A stretch of DNA of 64,000 nt from NCBI GenBank assembly GCA_035933575.1, contig DASYYR010000071.1, forward strand, positions 6,994-70,993, read 5' to 3'. The notes beneath the pieces are model-generated. The model had not been told where the DNA came from. It did no database searches and was given only the letters and a program-made list of their open reading frames with translations. Both the position numbers and the translations under genes were made by a program. Source of the stretch: Candidatus Acidiferrales bacterium. Lineage in GTDB: Bacteria; Acidobacteriota; Terriglobia; Acidiferrales; UBA7541. Of the stretch, positions 9,585-18,496 are shown one piece after another (within the stretch, counting starts at the first letter, position 1; every line of letters starts with the position of its first letter).

Positions 9585-10797
9585 GAGGATTGCTCCCGCA
9601 TTCAGGGGGGTGAATGCCTTCGAGGACTGCGACGAATTTCTGCAACTCGTTTACTCTAGCATAGTTTTCCGCTGCTTTACGGGCGCGTTCACCCATCGCA
9701 GCCAGCCGGGCCGGATCGCCCTTGAGCGCCCGGATAGCGTCAGCGACCTCCGATGGTTTGTCGGGATCGGCAACAAGACCGCAGTCTGTGGAGCGCACAA
9801 TCCGTGCGACATCAGTATCTTCCGGGGCGACGGCGAGAATTGGACGGCCCGCCGCGAGAATCGAATAGAGCTTGCTGGGCATGACGACGCCGCCAAGTCC
9901 ACGACGGATGGTGATGATATGGACGTCTCCTGCGGCCATGACGCAGGGTATTTCCTCGGGCGGCCGAAACGGCAAAAAACGCACCGTTGCGGAGTCACGG
10001 CTGGATTCTTCGAGACGCGCGCGACTGGCCCCATCTCCCACGAAAATCATGCGAGTGCCGTTCACCGGAAGCAGCTTCGAAGCTTCGAGCAGGGTATCCC
10101 ATGCGCCGTAAAATCCGAGGTTGCCCGCGTGAAGAACAACAAAATCGGCAGCGCCACGGATCTCGCTGATTGCGGGATGATCGAGAGGCGCGGAAACAGC
10201 CGGAAGCGAAGTGCCGTCGCGAACTACGACCACGCGCTCGGGATCCAGACCCTTTGCGAGGATGCGGTCGCGCATGTCGTCGCCCAGCACGATGACTCGC
10301 GCGGCTTGGCGCAAAGCCGCCCGGTGGAGGCGTTCCCAGAGGGCAACCCAACTTCGGGGGCGGACAATGTCGCCGCCGAGAGCCATGTCCGGATAAAGAT
10401 CGCGGATGTTATAGACAAAAGGAATGCCCTTGATTCGAGCGATGGTCGCGCCGACGATTCCGTTAAAGGGCGGGTCGGTCATGGCAAGAACGAGGTCGGC
10501 TTTGATGGACAAGGCGCGAGGAACGGCTAGAGCGGCGTAGGAAAGATAGTTGGCGACGCGGCGGCGCATTTGGTGACGAGGATAGGTGGTGGAACCCACA
10601 CGCTCGACGGTAAGATTGCCCACGACGCGACGGCGAAGGAAAGCAAAAGGATAGCGCTGATCGGGATCGTACGATGGACGCCCGGCCAGAACGGTAACTT
10701 GGTGGCGCTTGGACAAGGCATCGGCGACCACTGCGGCGATTTTTGCCGTCGCGGAAGTATCCGGTGGAAAATATTCGTTGAGCAGTAAAATGTTCAC
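9571..10797 (-). CDS. Glycosyltransferase family 4 (WcaI-like)
   Basis: GTG start. The N-terminus MNILLLNEYFPPDTSATAKI is typical of WcaI-type GT4 enzymes. GT-B C-terminal domain. The 3' end overlaps the next gene start by 14 nt. Confidence 0.8.
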   Translation of the reverse strand: MNILLLNEYFPPDTSATAKIAAVVADALSKRHQVTVLAGRPSYDPDQRYPFAFLRRRVVGNLTVERVGSTTYPRHQMRRRVANYLSYAALAVPRALSIKADLVLAMTDPPFNGIVGATIARIKGIPFVYNIRDLYPDMALGGDIVRPRSWVALWERLHRAALRQAARVIVLGDDMRDRILAKGLDPERVVVVRDGTSLPAVSAPLDHPAISEIRGAADFVVLHAGNLGFYGAWDTLLEASKLLPVNGTRMIFVGDGASRARLEESSRDSATVRFLPFRPPEEIPCVMAAGDVHIITIRRGLGGVVMPSKLYSILAAGRPILAVAPEDTDVARIVRSTDCGLVADPDKPSEVADAIRALKGDPARLAAMGERARKAAENYARVNELQKFVAVLEGIHPPECGSNPHVEK

Positions 10798-10852
10798 GGC
10801 AGTTCCGCGTTACCGTTTAGATGCACCGAAGCCACGTTATCCATCGATGTGT

Positions 10853-12646
10853 TCACGACTTCGTATCCAAAACAGCGGCAGACGATTCTTCGCGCGTAAT
10901 CTCTTGCGACTTCTTTTCGAGTAAGAAATTCCCCAAAACCAAAACGTCCATTTTAGTGCGATCGAAACAGGCCAAGGCTTCTTCGGGGCGGCAAACGATC
11001 GGCTCGTTGTCGTTGAACGACGTGTTCAGCAAAACAGGAACGCCAGTGAAGTCGCCGAACGCGCGGATGAGCCGCCAATAGAGCGGATGAGTTTCGCGGC
11101 TGACGGTCTGCAGACGCGCGGTGCCGTCAACATGCGTCGGCGCAGGAATTACCGCGCGCTTCGATGGACGCACCGGATACGCGAAAGTCATGAAGGGCGA
11201 GGGATGGATGCGTTCGAAATACTCTCCCGTGGCCTCCTCGAGAATCGAAGGAGCGAAAGGCCGGAAGGTTTCGCGGTGTTTGATGCGGCGATTGAGTATC
11301 TCTTTCATTTGCGCGCGGCGCGGATCGGCGAGAATGCTGCGGTTCCCCAAAGCGCGCGGACCCCATTCCGCGCGTCCCTGGTACCAGCCGACAATCTTTC
11401 CCTGGGCGATGTGTTTGGCGGTGGCCTGCACGAGGGCGTCTTCCTGGAGTTCCTCGATTTGAACATCTTCGGAATCCGAGCCGCGGCTCGATACGGTTTT
11501 GCGAATCTCCTCCGGTGTAAAACCAGGTCCCCAAAAGGCATGATTCATCTCAAAGGCACGGGGTTTTCCGAGAACTTGGTGGTATAGGGCAAACGCGGCG
11601 CCGAGAGAAAGGCCGCCGTCGCCAGCAGCAGGTTGGACGTAGATGCGCTCGAAAGGAGTGCGTTCGAGAATTTTCCCATTCGCCACGCAATTGAAAGCGA
11701 CGCCGCCGGCCAGGCAGAGGGTTTTCGCCTTAGTTCGCGCGTGGAGGGCGTTCACATTGGCCAATAGAATTTCTTCCAGATGCGCCTGCATGGACGCGGC
11801 CAAGTCCCTGTGGCGCTGCTCGAGGGGCTGTTCGGGCGCGCGAGTATGGCCGAGGCGTTCCTCGAGAAGAGGCGAGAAAAGACGGCCGAGCACCGGCGTT
11901 TCATTTGCCTTCTTCCAAGTCATTTCCGGGCCCGTCTTATGATGCATGAAATAACGAAGGTTGAGGCGGAAACCGATGGGAGCTTCGGCGCGAACGACTT
12001 CGCGGAGTTCGTCAAGATACGCGGGCGAGCCATAGGCGGCGAGGCCCATTACCTTGTATTCATCGCCGAACTTCCAGAAGCCCAGATATTGCGTCATTGC
12101 GGTGTAGAACATTCCGAGCGAATGAGGAAATGCGATGGAGCCATCGACGTGAATTTGCGAGCCTTCGCCGACTCCCCACATGGTGCTGGCGAAATCACCC
12201 AAGCCGTCGGCGGAGAGCACGGCGGCGCGGTCGAAAGGGGAAACAAAAAATGTGCTGGCCAGATGCGCCTGGTGGTGTTCAATGCGATGAAATTGCGCGC
12301 GAATGCTTTGCGGGTCCAGTTCGAATGCACTGGCGAGTTCTTCTTTCATTCCGGCGAAGCGCGATAGAACCTTGACGCGTTCGAGGGCAAAGCGGGGCAT
12401 GCGCAGTGCGAAGCGTAACTTTGTACCGAGGCGCGCCCATGGATTGCGTGGAATCGCGATGTGATCGACTTGAGATAACTTCACTCCTGCAGTTTCCAGA
12501 CAGTACTGGATGGCCTTGACCGGCAACCCTGCGGCGTACTTCACGCGATTCAGGCGCTCTTCTTCGACTGCTGCGACAAGGCGGCCATCCACGATAATTG
12601 CCGCCGAGGCATTTGCGTGGTATGCGTTAATTCCCAAGATAATCAT
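10853..12646 (-). CDS. Carbamoyltransferase, NodU/CmcH family (copy 2)
   Basis: 597 aa. MIILGINAYHANASAAIIVDGRLVAAVEEERLNRVK N-terminus and LNTSFN motif. Paralogous to 4390..6093, with clear but distant similarity by eye. Confidence 0.85.
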   Translation of the reverse strand: MIILGINAYHANASAAIIVDGRLVAAVEEERLNRVKYAAGLPVKAIQYCLETAGVKLSQVDHIAIPRNPWARLGTKLRFALRMPRFALERVKVLSRFAGMKEELASAFELDPQSIRAQFHRIEHHQAHLASTFFVSPFDRAAVLSADGLGDFASTMWGVGEGSQIHVDGSIAFPHSLGMFYTAMTQYLGFWKFGDEYKVMGLAAYGSPAYLDELREVVRAEAPIGFRLNLRYFMHHKTGPEMTWKKANETPVLGRLFSPLLEERLGHTRAPEQPLEQRHRDLAASMQAHLEEILLANVNALHARTKAKTLCLAGGVAFNCVANGKILERTPFERIYVQPAAGDGGLSLGAAFALYHQVLGKPRAFEMNHAFWGPGFTPEEIRKTVSSRGSDSEDVQIEELQEDALVQATAKHIAQGKIVGWYQGRAEWGPRALGNRSILADPRRAQMKEILNRRIKHRETFRPFAPSILEEATGEYFERIHPSPFMTFAYPVRPSKRAVIPAPTHVDGTARLQTVSRETHPLYWRLIRAFGDFTGVPVLLNTSFNDNEPIVCRPEEALACFDRTKMDVLVLGNFLLEKKSQEITREESSAAVLDTKS

Positions 12647-12699
12647 GCGCCTGACAATTCCCTCTTGCTGAAGCTCGGGATACCTGTTGATTGCCCTGA

Positions 12700-14670
12700 T
12701 CAGGATAGCGCGGAAGCGGCCTTTTTGTCCTTATCGATCGGGCGTTCGGCGACTCCGGCCAAATTTCGGCGGACCCACTCGTTGAGCACAAACAAACTCC
12801 AGGGCCGCGACCAGCTTGTGCGCCCGGCCAAGAAGTTCTGCCAGACACTCCTAACTTCCTTCTTGTCGATGATATCGCCAAGGGTTTGGTCACAATTTGT
12901 GAGTCCAGATTCGACGCGATCTCGTAGCGGGCCGCGCAGCCAATGTTCCCAGGGCAACGTGAATGTACGTTTAGTCTGGGACGCAATCTCTTTCGGCAAG
13001 AGGTCTCCAAGCGCCTCAATCAGCAGGGCCTTGCGCACGCCGTTCCTGTTTTTTACCGTTGCCGGAAGGCCGAGCGTCAATTCGACGAGCAAATGGTCCA
13101 AGAATGGGACGCGAACCTCGAGCGAATGGCGCATGCTCATGGTATCCGTGTCTCGAAGGAGCATGTTCGCGAGATAGGAGCGAATTTCCAGCCAGGAAAC
13201 TGCGGTGAAAGGGTCAAGTTGCGCGGCTTCGGCGGCTGCGGCGGCCGTCCAGGCGGAACACAATGAATCTTCCCAGTCAGCGCGATTGGTGCGGAGAAAC
13301 TGCGACACGGTTCGTGGCGGAAAGAGCGTTCGCGTGAAGAAATACGGATGCGGGAAATCGGCCGGAGCCGAAAACGCGCCGGCGAGCTTGAGAATTGAAT
13401 CGGGATGTGACGTCCATCCGGCCCACGCGCGAATAGAGGCGCTCCCGGCCTCACGCAATGGGGACGGGAGCAATCGCGAGAACGCCATCATGCGTGCTAC
13501 GCGGGGAGTGGAAGTGAAAGTGGAATAGCCGCCGAAAATTTCATCGCTGCCCAGGCCGGAGAGCGCGACTTTGAGGCCGGCTTGGCGCGCCGCCCAGGAT
13601 ACGAAATAAGTATTTATGCCGTCGACGCTGGGCTGGTCGAAAGCGGCAACGGCATCGTCGAGACGCAACTGCATTTCGTCGCCGCTCAGAAGCAACTCGG
13701 AATGCTCGGTTCCGAGAAGATTGGCCGTTCGGCGGGCGAGCAAGGCTTCGCTGAATTCCTGCTCCGGAAAGACTACGGTGAATGTTTTTATGCCGGACCG
13801 CCGGCGACTGGCTAGTGCGGCGAGCGCAGTGGAGTCAATGCCGCTGCTCAAGAAAATCCCTAGAGGCACATCCGCAAGCAAATGGCAGCCGACGGAATCT
13901 TCGAGCGCCGCGCGCACGCGCGCGACCGGTGAAGTCCCCGTTGGCTCGGGGGCGTCCGATCTGGTGGCTTCGGCGGCGCTCCAATAAGCACAGGGCCGAA
14001 ACGATGCGGACGGCTGATCGCAGGAAACGTAGCCGCAGTGGCCGGGCGGGAGCGAATAAATTCCGTCGACGAGCGACACAGGCTCGCTGACCGAACCGAA
14101 AAGCAGATAGCTGGGCAGCGCCTCGGTGGAGAGACGGCGCGGAATGCAATTGCTGGCGAGAAGCGCGCGCAGTTCGGAGGCGAAAAAGAATTTGTTCTCT
14201 ACGATGGCATAATACAGGGGCTTGATTCCCAACCGATCGCGCGCGAGGAAAACGCGCCGTGGGCGTCCGGATTTGCCCTCGGGCATTTCAAGAATTGCAA
14301 ATGCAAACATGCCACGCAAATGCCGCGGGCAGTCTTCACCCCAGGTTTCGTAGGCGTGGACAATCACCTCCGTGTCGGATTGGGTGCGGAAAACGTGGCC
14401 AGCAGATTCAAGTGAGCGCCGTAATTCGCGAAAGTTATAAATCTCGCCGTTGAAAAAGAGCGCGAGCGTGGAATTTTCGTTCCAAATGGGCTGTTGGCCG
14501 CCGGGAAGATCGATAATGCTGAGGCGCTGCATACCGAGGGCGGCGCCGGGAGCTATGAGCACGCCATTACCATCGGGGCCGCGATGCTCCATGGCGCGCA
14601 TCATGCGCTGGAGGGGTAAGGCAGCTTGATTTTGGTCTTCGGAGCCGATTACGCCACAGATTCCACACAT
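12700..14670 (-). CDS. Asparagine synthase (glutamine-hydrolysing)-type amidotransferase
   Basis: MCGICG N-terminal nucleophile Cys and SSGIDS PP-loop. 656 aa. Confidence 0.85.
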   Translation of the reverse strand: MCGICGVIGSEDQNQAALPLQRMMRAMEHRGPDGNGVLIAPGAALGMQRLSIIDLPGGQQPIWNENSTLALFFNGEIYNFRELRRSLESAGHVFRTQSDTEVIVHAYETWGEDCPRHLRGMFAFAILEMPEGKSGRPRRVFLARDRLGIKPLYYAIVENKFFFASELRALLASNCIPRRLSTEALPSYLLFGSVSEPVSLVDGIYSLPPGHCGYVSCDQPSASFRPCAYWSAAEATRSDAPEPTGTSPVARVRAALEDSVGCHLLADVPLGIFLSSGIDSTALAALASRRRSGIKTFTVVFPEQEFSEALLARRTANLLGTEHSELLLSGDEMQLRLDDAVAAFDQPSVDGINTYFVSWAARQAGLKVALSGLGSDEIFGGYSTFTSTPRVARMMAFSRLLPSPLREAGSASIRAWAGWTSHPDSILKLAGAFSAPADFPHPYFFTRTLFPPRTVSQFLRTNRADWEDSLCSAWTAAAAAEAAQLDPFTAVSWLEIRSYLANMLLRDTDTMSMRHSLEVRVPFLDHLLVELTLGLPATVKNRNGVRKALLIEALGDLLPKEIASQTKRTFTLPWEHWLRGPLRDRVESGLTNCDQTLGDIIDKKEVRSVWQNFLAGRTSWSRPWSLFVLNEWVRRNLAGVAERPIDKDKKAASALS

Positions 14671-14793
14671 AAGATTTTGCCGACTTCCCTTTAGGATTCA
14701 CCCTCTGTTACTTTACGACCAAACAGGTCAGGACTGGAAGATTGAACGCCGGACGTGCGCGCAGCGCTGGATGGTCTTTGTGTTGCGCAGAAG

Positions 14794-15633
14794 CTAATGC
14801 CTCAGAAAAGCGAGGCTGCCTGTTCGAAGGCGATCCCGGAGCCGGACTCGCTTAATACCGAGCCGGGGATAGGCAAACCATCCTAAAAGGAGCCTGACGA
14901 AACAGAAGAAGAGAAACAGGACTGCAGCACCTACACATGCGGTGAGAGATTCGCGTTCGACGAGGAGCGTTATCAGCGGAGACGCGTCCGCTTGAGGGTA
15001 AATCGTAGTCGCGATTTTTCCAAAGAGCGGGCCGAGAAAAGGAATCCGTCCAAAGTGGATATGCGCAGTGTGCTCGAACGAATATTCGGGAAGATAATTC
15101 TTGAGCCCCGATGTCGCGATTCGAAATACTTGCGGATCTTTGAGCTGTTCCGCGGTAAGGAGCGCCCCATCGGGGCCGCGCATCATGATTCGAAACGTGG
15201 GATCGACGACAATCCACCGCCCATTGAGCAGTACCTGGGTATCGACATGAGTCGTTGAGCCTCGGGCATTCAATAGCAACAGGCGCCGCACCTGCAAACC
15301 GCTGCTGGACGCCAGATTTATGAAGGCGTTGGCAGCGGAGCCACAAACCTGCAACAAAGCGCGGTAATTGAGAGTTTCCTCAGGATTGCGGAGAAGAAAT
15401 TCTCCCGCCACGGTTCCATCCTGGCGAGCCGGGCCGGATCTCATCCAATCCAGAATGGCTTGGACTTTTGCTTCAGGGGCAGCGTTGGTAGGTACGACCG
15501 CGTCAGAAAAGCCTCTCAAATATTGACGTGTCGAATATTCCCAACACAATGCGTAGAGCAGAAAAACCGCAGACGCTATGAGGAAAAGATTCGCGAGAGC
15601 CCAAGTTGAACGAAGCAACGGGTGATCTTTCAC
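14794..15633 (-). CDS. Membrane-anchored transglutaminase-like (Cys-His-Asp fold) protein
   Basis: The likely start is GTG 15633, which overlaps the upstream stop (GTGA); the annotated longer N-terminus lies inside the upstream gene. N-terminal TM segment (ALANLFLIASAVFLLYALCW). Core VCGSAANAF...THVDTQVLLNGRWIVVDPTF matches the C/H/D spacing of transglutaminase cores. C-terminal TM segment. Confidence 0.55.
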   Translation of the reverse strand: MKDHPLLRSTWALANLFLIASAVFLLYALCWEYSTRQYLRGFSDAVVPTNAAPEAKVQAILDWMRSGPARQDGTVAGEFLLRNPEETLNYRALLQVCGSAANAFINLASSSGLQVRRLLLLNARGSTTHVDTQVLLNGRWIVVDPTFRIMMRGPDGALLTAEQLKDPQVFRIATSGLKNYLPEYSFEHTAHIHFGRIPFLGPLFGKIATTIYPQADASPLITLLVERESLTACVGAAVLFLFFCFVRLLLGWFAYPRLGIKRVRLRDRLRTGSLAFLRH

Positions 15634-16835
15634 GACGCCGGCACCTCGGCAATCACGTCCCTGTAGATTGCTTCCATTTGGGACAATGGCTGCTCCCACG
15701 AAAGGCCACGCACGACGCCGGGGCAAGCATCGCGGAATTGGCCGGCAAGACTGCCTCCGTCGAGCAACAGTTTCAAGGCAGTGGCAATCGCACGAGAATC
15801 GTGCGGAACAACCAGGCCAGTTCGTCCGTCGACGATGGGGGCGATGCCGCACTGGTCAGTAAGGATCACGGGCGTGCCACAAGCCATGGCCTCGGCAGCG
15901 GAATTGCCGAAATTCTCGTTTTGCGAAGGCAAAACGAAGACGTCGGCATCCCGATACGCGGCCCACTTTGCATCATCATAGAGCGGTCCTGTAAACAAGA
16001 CATTGTCGGCAATCCCCGATGCCGCTGCAAGAGATTTTAGACGCGCCAAGTATGCATCGCTTTCCTCGGGACCAGCAAAAACGAGGACGGAGTCCGCGGT
16101 GTGCAGCGTTTCACGACGCCAGAGTGCGAACGCTTCGAGCAATAAGTCGGGACTCTTCTTAGGAACGAGGCGCCCAAGAAAAAGGACGATTCGTACTTGC
16201 GGCGAAATCGCCCACTTTTCGCGGAACGCACCGGCCGGTGGCAAAGAAACCGGGATGTCTATTCCATTGCGCCGGACGACGATGCGAACAGGATTAATTC
16301 CACCGGTCACGAGTTCCTGTTTTTCCTGCTCGGACGTGGCAATCACGCGCCGCGCGCCACGCAAAAGACGATTACCGAGAACGGCGTGATAAAGCTTCTT
16401 CGCGCGAAAATTTCGAACGATAGGGCGGAACATGCCCATGGGTTCGACCACGTACGGAACGTGGTACCTGCGACAGAAAAATGCCACCGGTGGTCCGAAC
16501 AGATCATACAAGCCATAAATATGTACGACATCGTACTTCGCGAGTGATGCCGAGCAATACTTTATCACGTCGGGATTAAGCGTCAGCGCCCGATAGCGCA
16601 TGCGACTGCGAAGGAAAATTGCTTGGACGTCTTGTTCTTCCGCGCACCATCCCCAACGGCACTTCTCTGCTTTCATAGCGGGCGCTAAAGATGGCTTGAA
16701 TCCAAAATCCGCGGTGAGAACGGTGACGTCATGGCCGCGACGAGAGAGGCCGAGAGCGATGGCGCGCACCTTGACGACGGGGCCGCCCTTCTCTTGAAAT
16801 GGATAGTAGGCCTGCACGGTTTTCAGAATGCGCAT
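15630..16835 (-). CDS. Glycosyltransferase family 4
   Basis: MRILKTVQAYYPFQEKGGP N-terminus and PSQNENFGNSAAEAMACGTPVI (EX7E) motif. The ORF is open to 16883, but ATG 16835 fits the family N-terminus. Confidence 0.8.
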   Translation of the reverse strand: MRILKTVQAYYPFQEKGGPVVKVRAIALGLSRRGHDVTVLTADFGFKPSLAPAMKAEKCRWGWCAEEQDVQAIFLRSRMRYRALTLNPDVIKYCSASLAKYDVVHIYGLYDLFGPPVAFFCRRYHVPYVVEPMGMFRPIVRNFRAKKLYHAVLGNRLLRGARRVIATSEQEKQELVTGGINPVRIVVRRNGIDIPVSLPPAGAFREKWAISPQVRIVLFLGRLVPKKSPDLLLEAFALWRRETLHTADSVLVFAGPEESDAYLARLKSLAAASGIADNVLFTGPLYDDAKWAAYRDADVFVLPSQNENFGNSAAEAMACGTPVILTDQCGIAPIVDGRTGLVVPHDSRAIATALKLLLDGGSLAGQFRDACPGVVRGLSWEQPLSQMEAIYRDVIAEVPAS

Positions 16836-16895
16836 TGTTCGGGACCGCCGCTCAGATCCGTAAACGCCGGCTGCACTCCGCATCGGCGACGGCCG

Positions 16896-17133
16896 CTAAC
16901 GCCGCCTCTGCGCTTCGATCACTGCCGCGAAATCCTGATCGCCGTACCCGTGCTTGACTGCATCTTCAAACACTTCGATAGCCGGAACAGCGGTCTTCGG
17001 CGTCAGCCCGCGCTGCTTTGAGAGGGATGTCCTTGCTGATGGCCTTGATCGCCACTGGCAGTGTTTGGCGATCCAGATAGCTGATCGCGATGGCCATACT
17101 GATCAGAATCGCAATGCGCCAGCGTAGCGCCAT
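16896..17133 (-). pseudogene. Fused remnants: MFS transporter N-terminus (~38 codons) joined out of frame to the C-terminal ~40 codons of a HIBADH/GarR-type dehydrogenase
   Basis: Minus strand from ATG 17133 reads MALRWRIAILISMAIAISYLDRQTLPVAIKAISKDIPL, the classic start of ACS-family MFS sugar-acid transporters. A different frame downstream reads KQRGLTPKTAVPAIEVFEDAVKHGYGDQDFAAVIEAQRRR* (stop 16896-16898). This resembles the C-terminal helix pattern of 3-hydroxyisobutyrate/tartronate-semialdehyde reductases. Confidence 0.45.
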
Positions 17134-17395
17134 TTTCTCCCCGCGTGCCCACACGCCGTGCAGCAACAAACGAGGCGAGCATGATAGCAAACGGTTTTGC
17201 GGTTCGGGTGCGCCGTTTCGCGGGCCCGCTTCCGGCCACCCTCTAAAAATAGACTTGAATCGGCGGCGCGGCATGGTGTATACACGGGCCACTGGTATCC
17301 TGAAGCGGAAATTCCGAAGCGCAAGATTGTTCATTCGTGCGAAGAGACACGTGCTCGGCAGCTCTGCCCGGCAGGGAGAAGGGAGGCTCACACTC

Positions 17396-18496
17396 ATGAG
17401 AATCTCGGCCGTAAACCGACAACAGCACCCGCGAGCCCGAATTCGATGGATGGCGGTCGCGGCGATCATTGCTTTTATGCTCCTGGGCGTAAAAACGTAC
17501 GCACAGGACGCCCAAACGCAGACGCCGACTCTCCGTTTGCAAGTTGACGCTAACGACCAGGTGGCCGCCAGCATGAGTTCGGCGTATCGCGTCCACATTC
17601 TGCCTGTGAATACGACCCGTGCGCATCAGTATTCACCCTTGCAAAACGCGTCTGGCGTTCCTCCCGCCTCCGTGGGCGTTACAAATCTCGAACAAACAGC
17701 CCCAGAATCTCTTACTTCTACCACTACCGTGCCGTCATTGCCCGCGCCGGGCTTCTATCCGTCCGACCTGACGAATCCGTTGCACGGAAAAGTCCTCACG
17801 TCGGCGCAATCCAATCCGATCTACGTCGACTGCGCAGCCACTTGCTGGGGAACTCCGGCAACGTTCCTGACCAATCTGGAGAACAGCACGTTCATCCATG
17901 TGACAGACCAATATGTAGGACTCACGACCAACAGCCGCTACACGGTGGGCGCGGCAGCCAGCGTGACTTATCCAGTGTTCACCGCGCTCAGCGACAACGA
18001 CATTCTTCAAATCGTGCATTCGGCGGCAAAATTAATTGGCACAGGGTATGGCCACATCTATCACGTATTTTTGCCCAGCGGAGTAGACGTTTGTTTCGTC
18101 GGAACATCCTCGTGTTACTCCCCCAACAACACGGCGACATTCACGTTCTGCGCATATCACTCCAGCGTGACATTCAGCGACATCGGTCACGTGCTTTTCA
18201 CGGTTGAGCCTTATCAGGCCGTTTCCGGATGTGAAGTGGTCCAGCCGAGCCCGAATGGCGCGCTTGTCGATTCGACGAGCAACGTTCTCTCGCACGAGAC
18301 GTTTGAAACCATCACCGACCCGGATCCGTCCAGTGGGTGGGTTGCGCAAAGTTCGCTCCCGGTCCTTGGCGCCGAGATTGGCGATCTGTGCGAAACGCCA
18401 ACTTTCGGGTACGGTGCGTTCGCGATTGGCACTAAGACTTATGAGGTTCAGCCAGAGTACTCAAACAAGTATCACGGCTGCGCCAACGTTCCCTAG
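17396..18496 (+). CDS. Secreted Cys-rich hypothetical protein
   Basis: ATG 17396 lies 9 nt after GGGAGG. Signal-peptide-like segment WMAVAAIIAFMLLGVKTYAQD, then 8 Cys and an SHETFETITDPDP motif. This is the only plus-strand gene in a ~25 kb minus-strand block. I do not recognise the family. Confidence 0.55.
   Translation: MRISAVNRQQHPRARIRWMAVAAIIAFMLLGVKTYAQDAQTQTPTLRLQVDANDQVAASMSSAYRVHILPVNTTRAHQYSPLQNASGVPPASVGVTNLEQTAPESLTSTTTVPSLPAPGFYPSDLTNPLHGKVLTSAQSNPIYVDCAATCWGTPATFLTNLENSTFIHVTDQYVGLTTNSRYTVGAAASVTYPVFTALSDNDILQIVHSAAKLIGTGYGHIYHVFLPSGVDVCFVGTSSCYSPNNTATFTFCAYHSSVTFSDIGHVLFTVEPYQAVSGCEVVQPSPNGALVDSTSNVLSHETFETITDPDPSSGWVAQSSLPVLGAEIGDLCETPTFGYGAFAIGTKTYEVQPEYSNKYHGCANVP

Noticed and set aside
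12700-15633. An AsnB homologue next to a transglutaminase-fold protein, considered as a possible second degenerate lasso-like (C plus B2) pair.
   Set aside because: This AsnB keeps the MCGICG glutaminase nucleophile and full length typical of genuine amidotransferases. There is no PqqD gene and no small leader-like ORF nearby. The transglutaminase-like protein is membrane-anchored and twice the size of B2 proteins. The EPS amidation context is the simpler explanation.
15634-15852. Long N-terminal extensions of several minus-strand ORFs: 14794-15852, 19775-20959, 23839-25269 and 25076-26521.
   Set aside because: The extensions overlap the 3' ends of upstream genes by 70-390 nt and are Arg/Cys/Pro-rich. 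Internal starts give canonical family N-termini, often with ATGA/GTGA start-stop coupling.
17090-17395. An N-terminal 102-aa extension of the 468-aa plus-strand ORF.
   Set aside because: The extension is Arg-rich with no features and overlaps the MFS remnant. ATG 17396 has a strong GGGAGG SD and is followed at once by a signal-peptide-like segment.
16966-17598. A 210-aa minus-strand ORF spanning the gap between the GT4 gene and the secreted-protein gene.
   Set aside because: Only its last ~38 sense codons resemble a real protein (an MFS N-terminus). The upstream 155 codons overlap the promoter and 5' end of the plus-strand gene and look like noise. I treat it as a pseudogene remnant, not a CDS.
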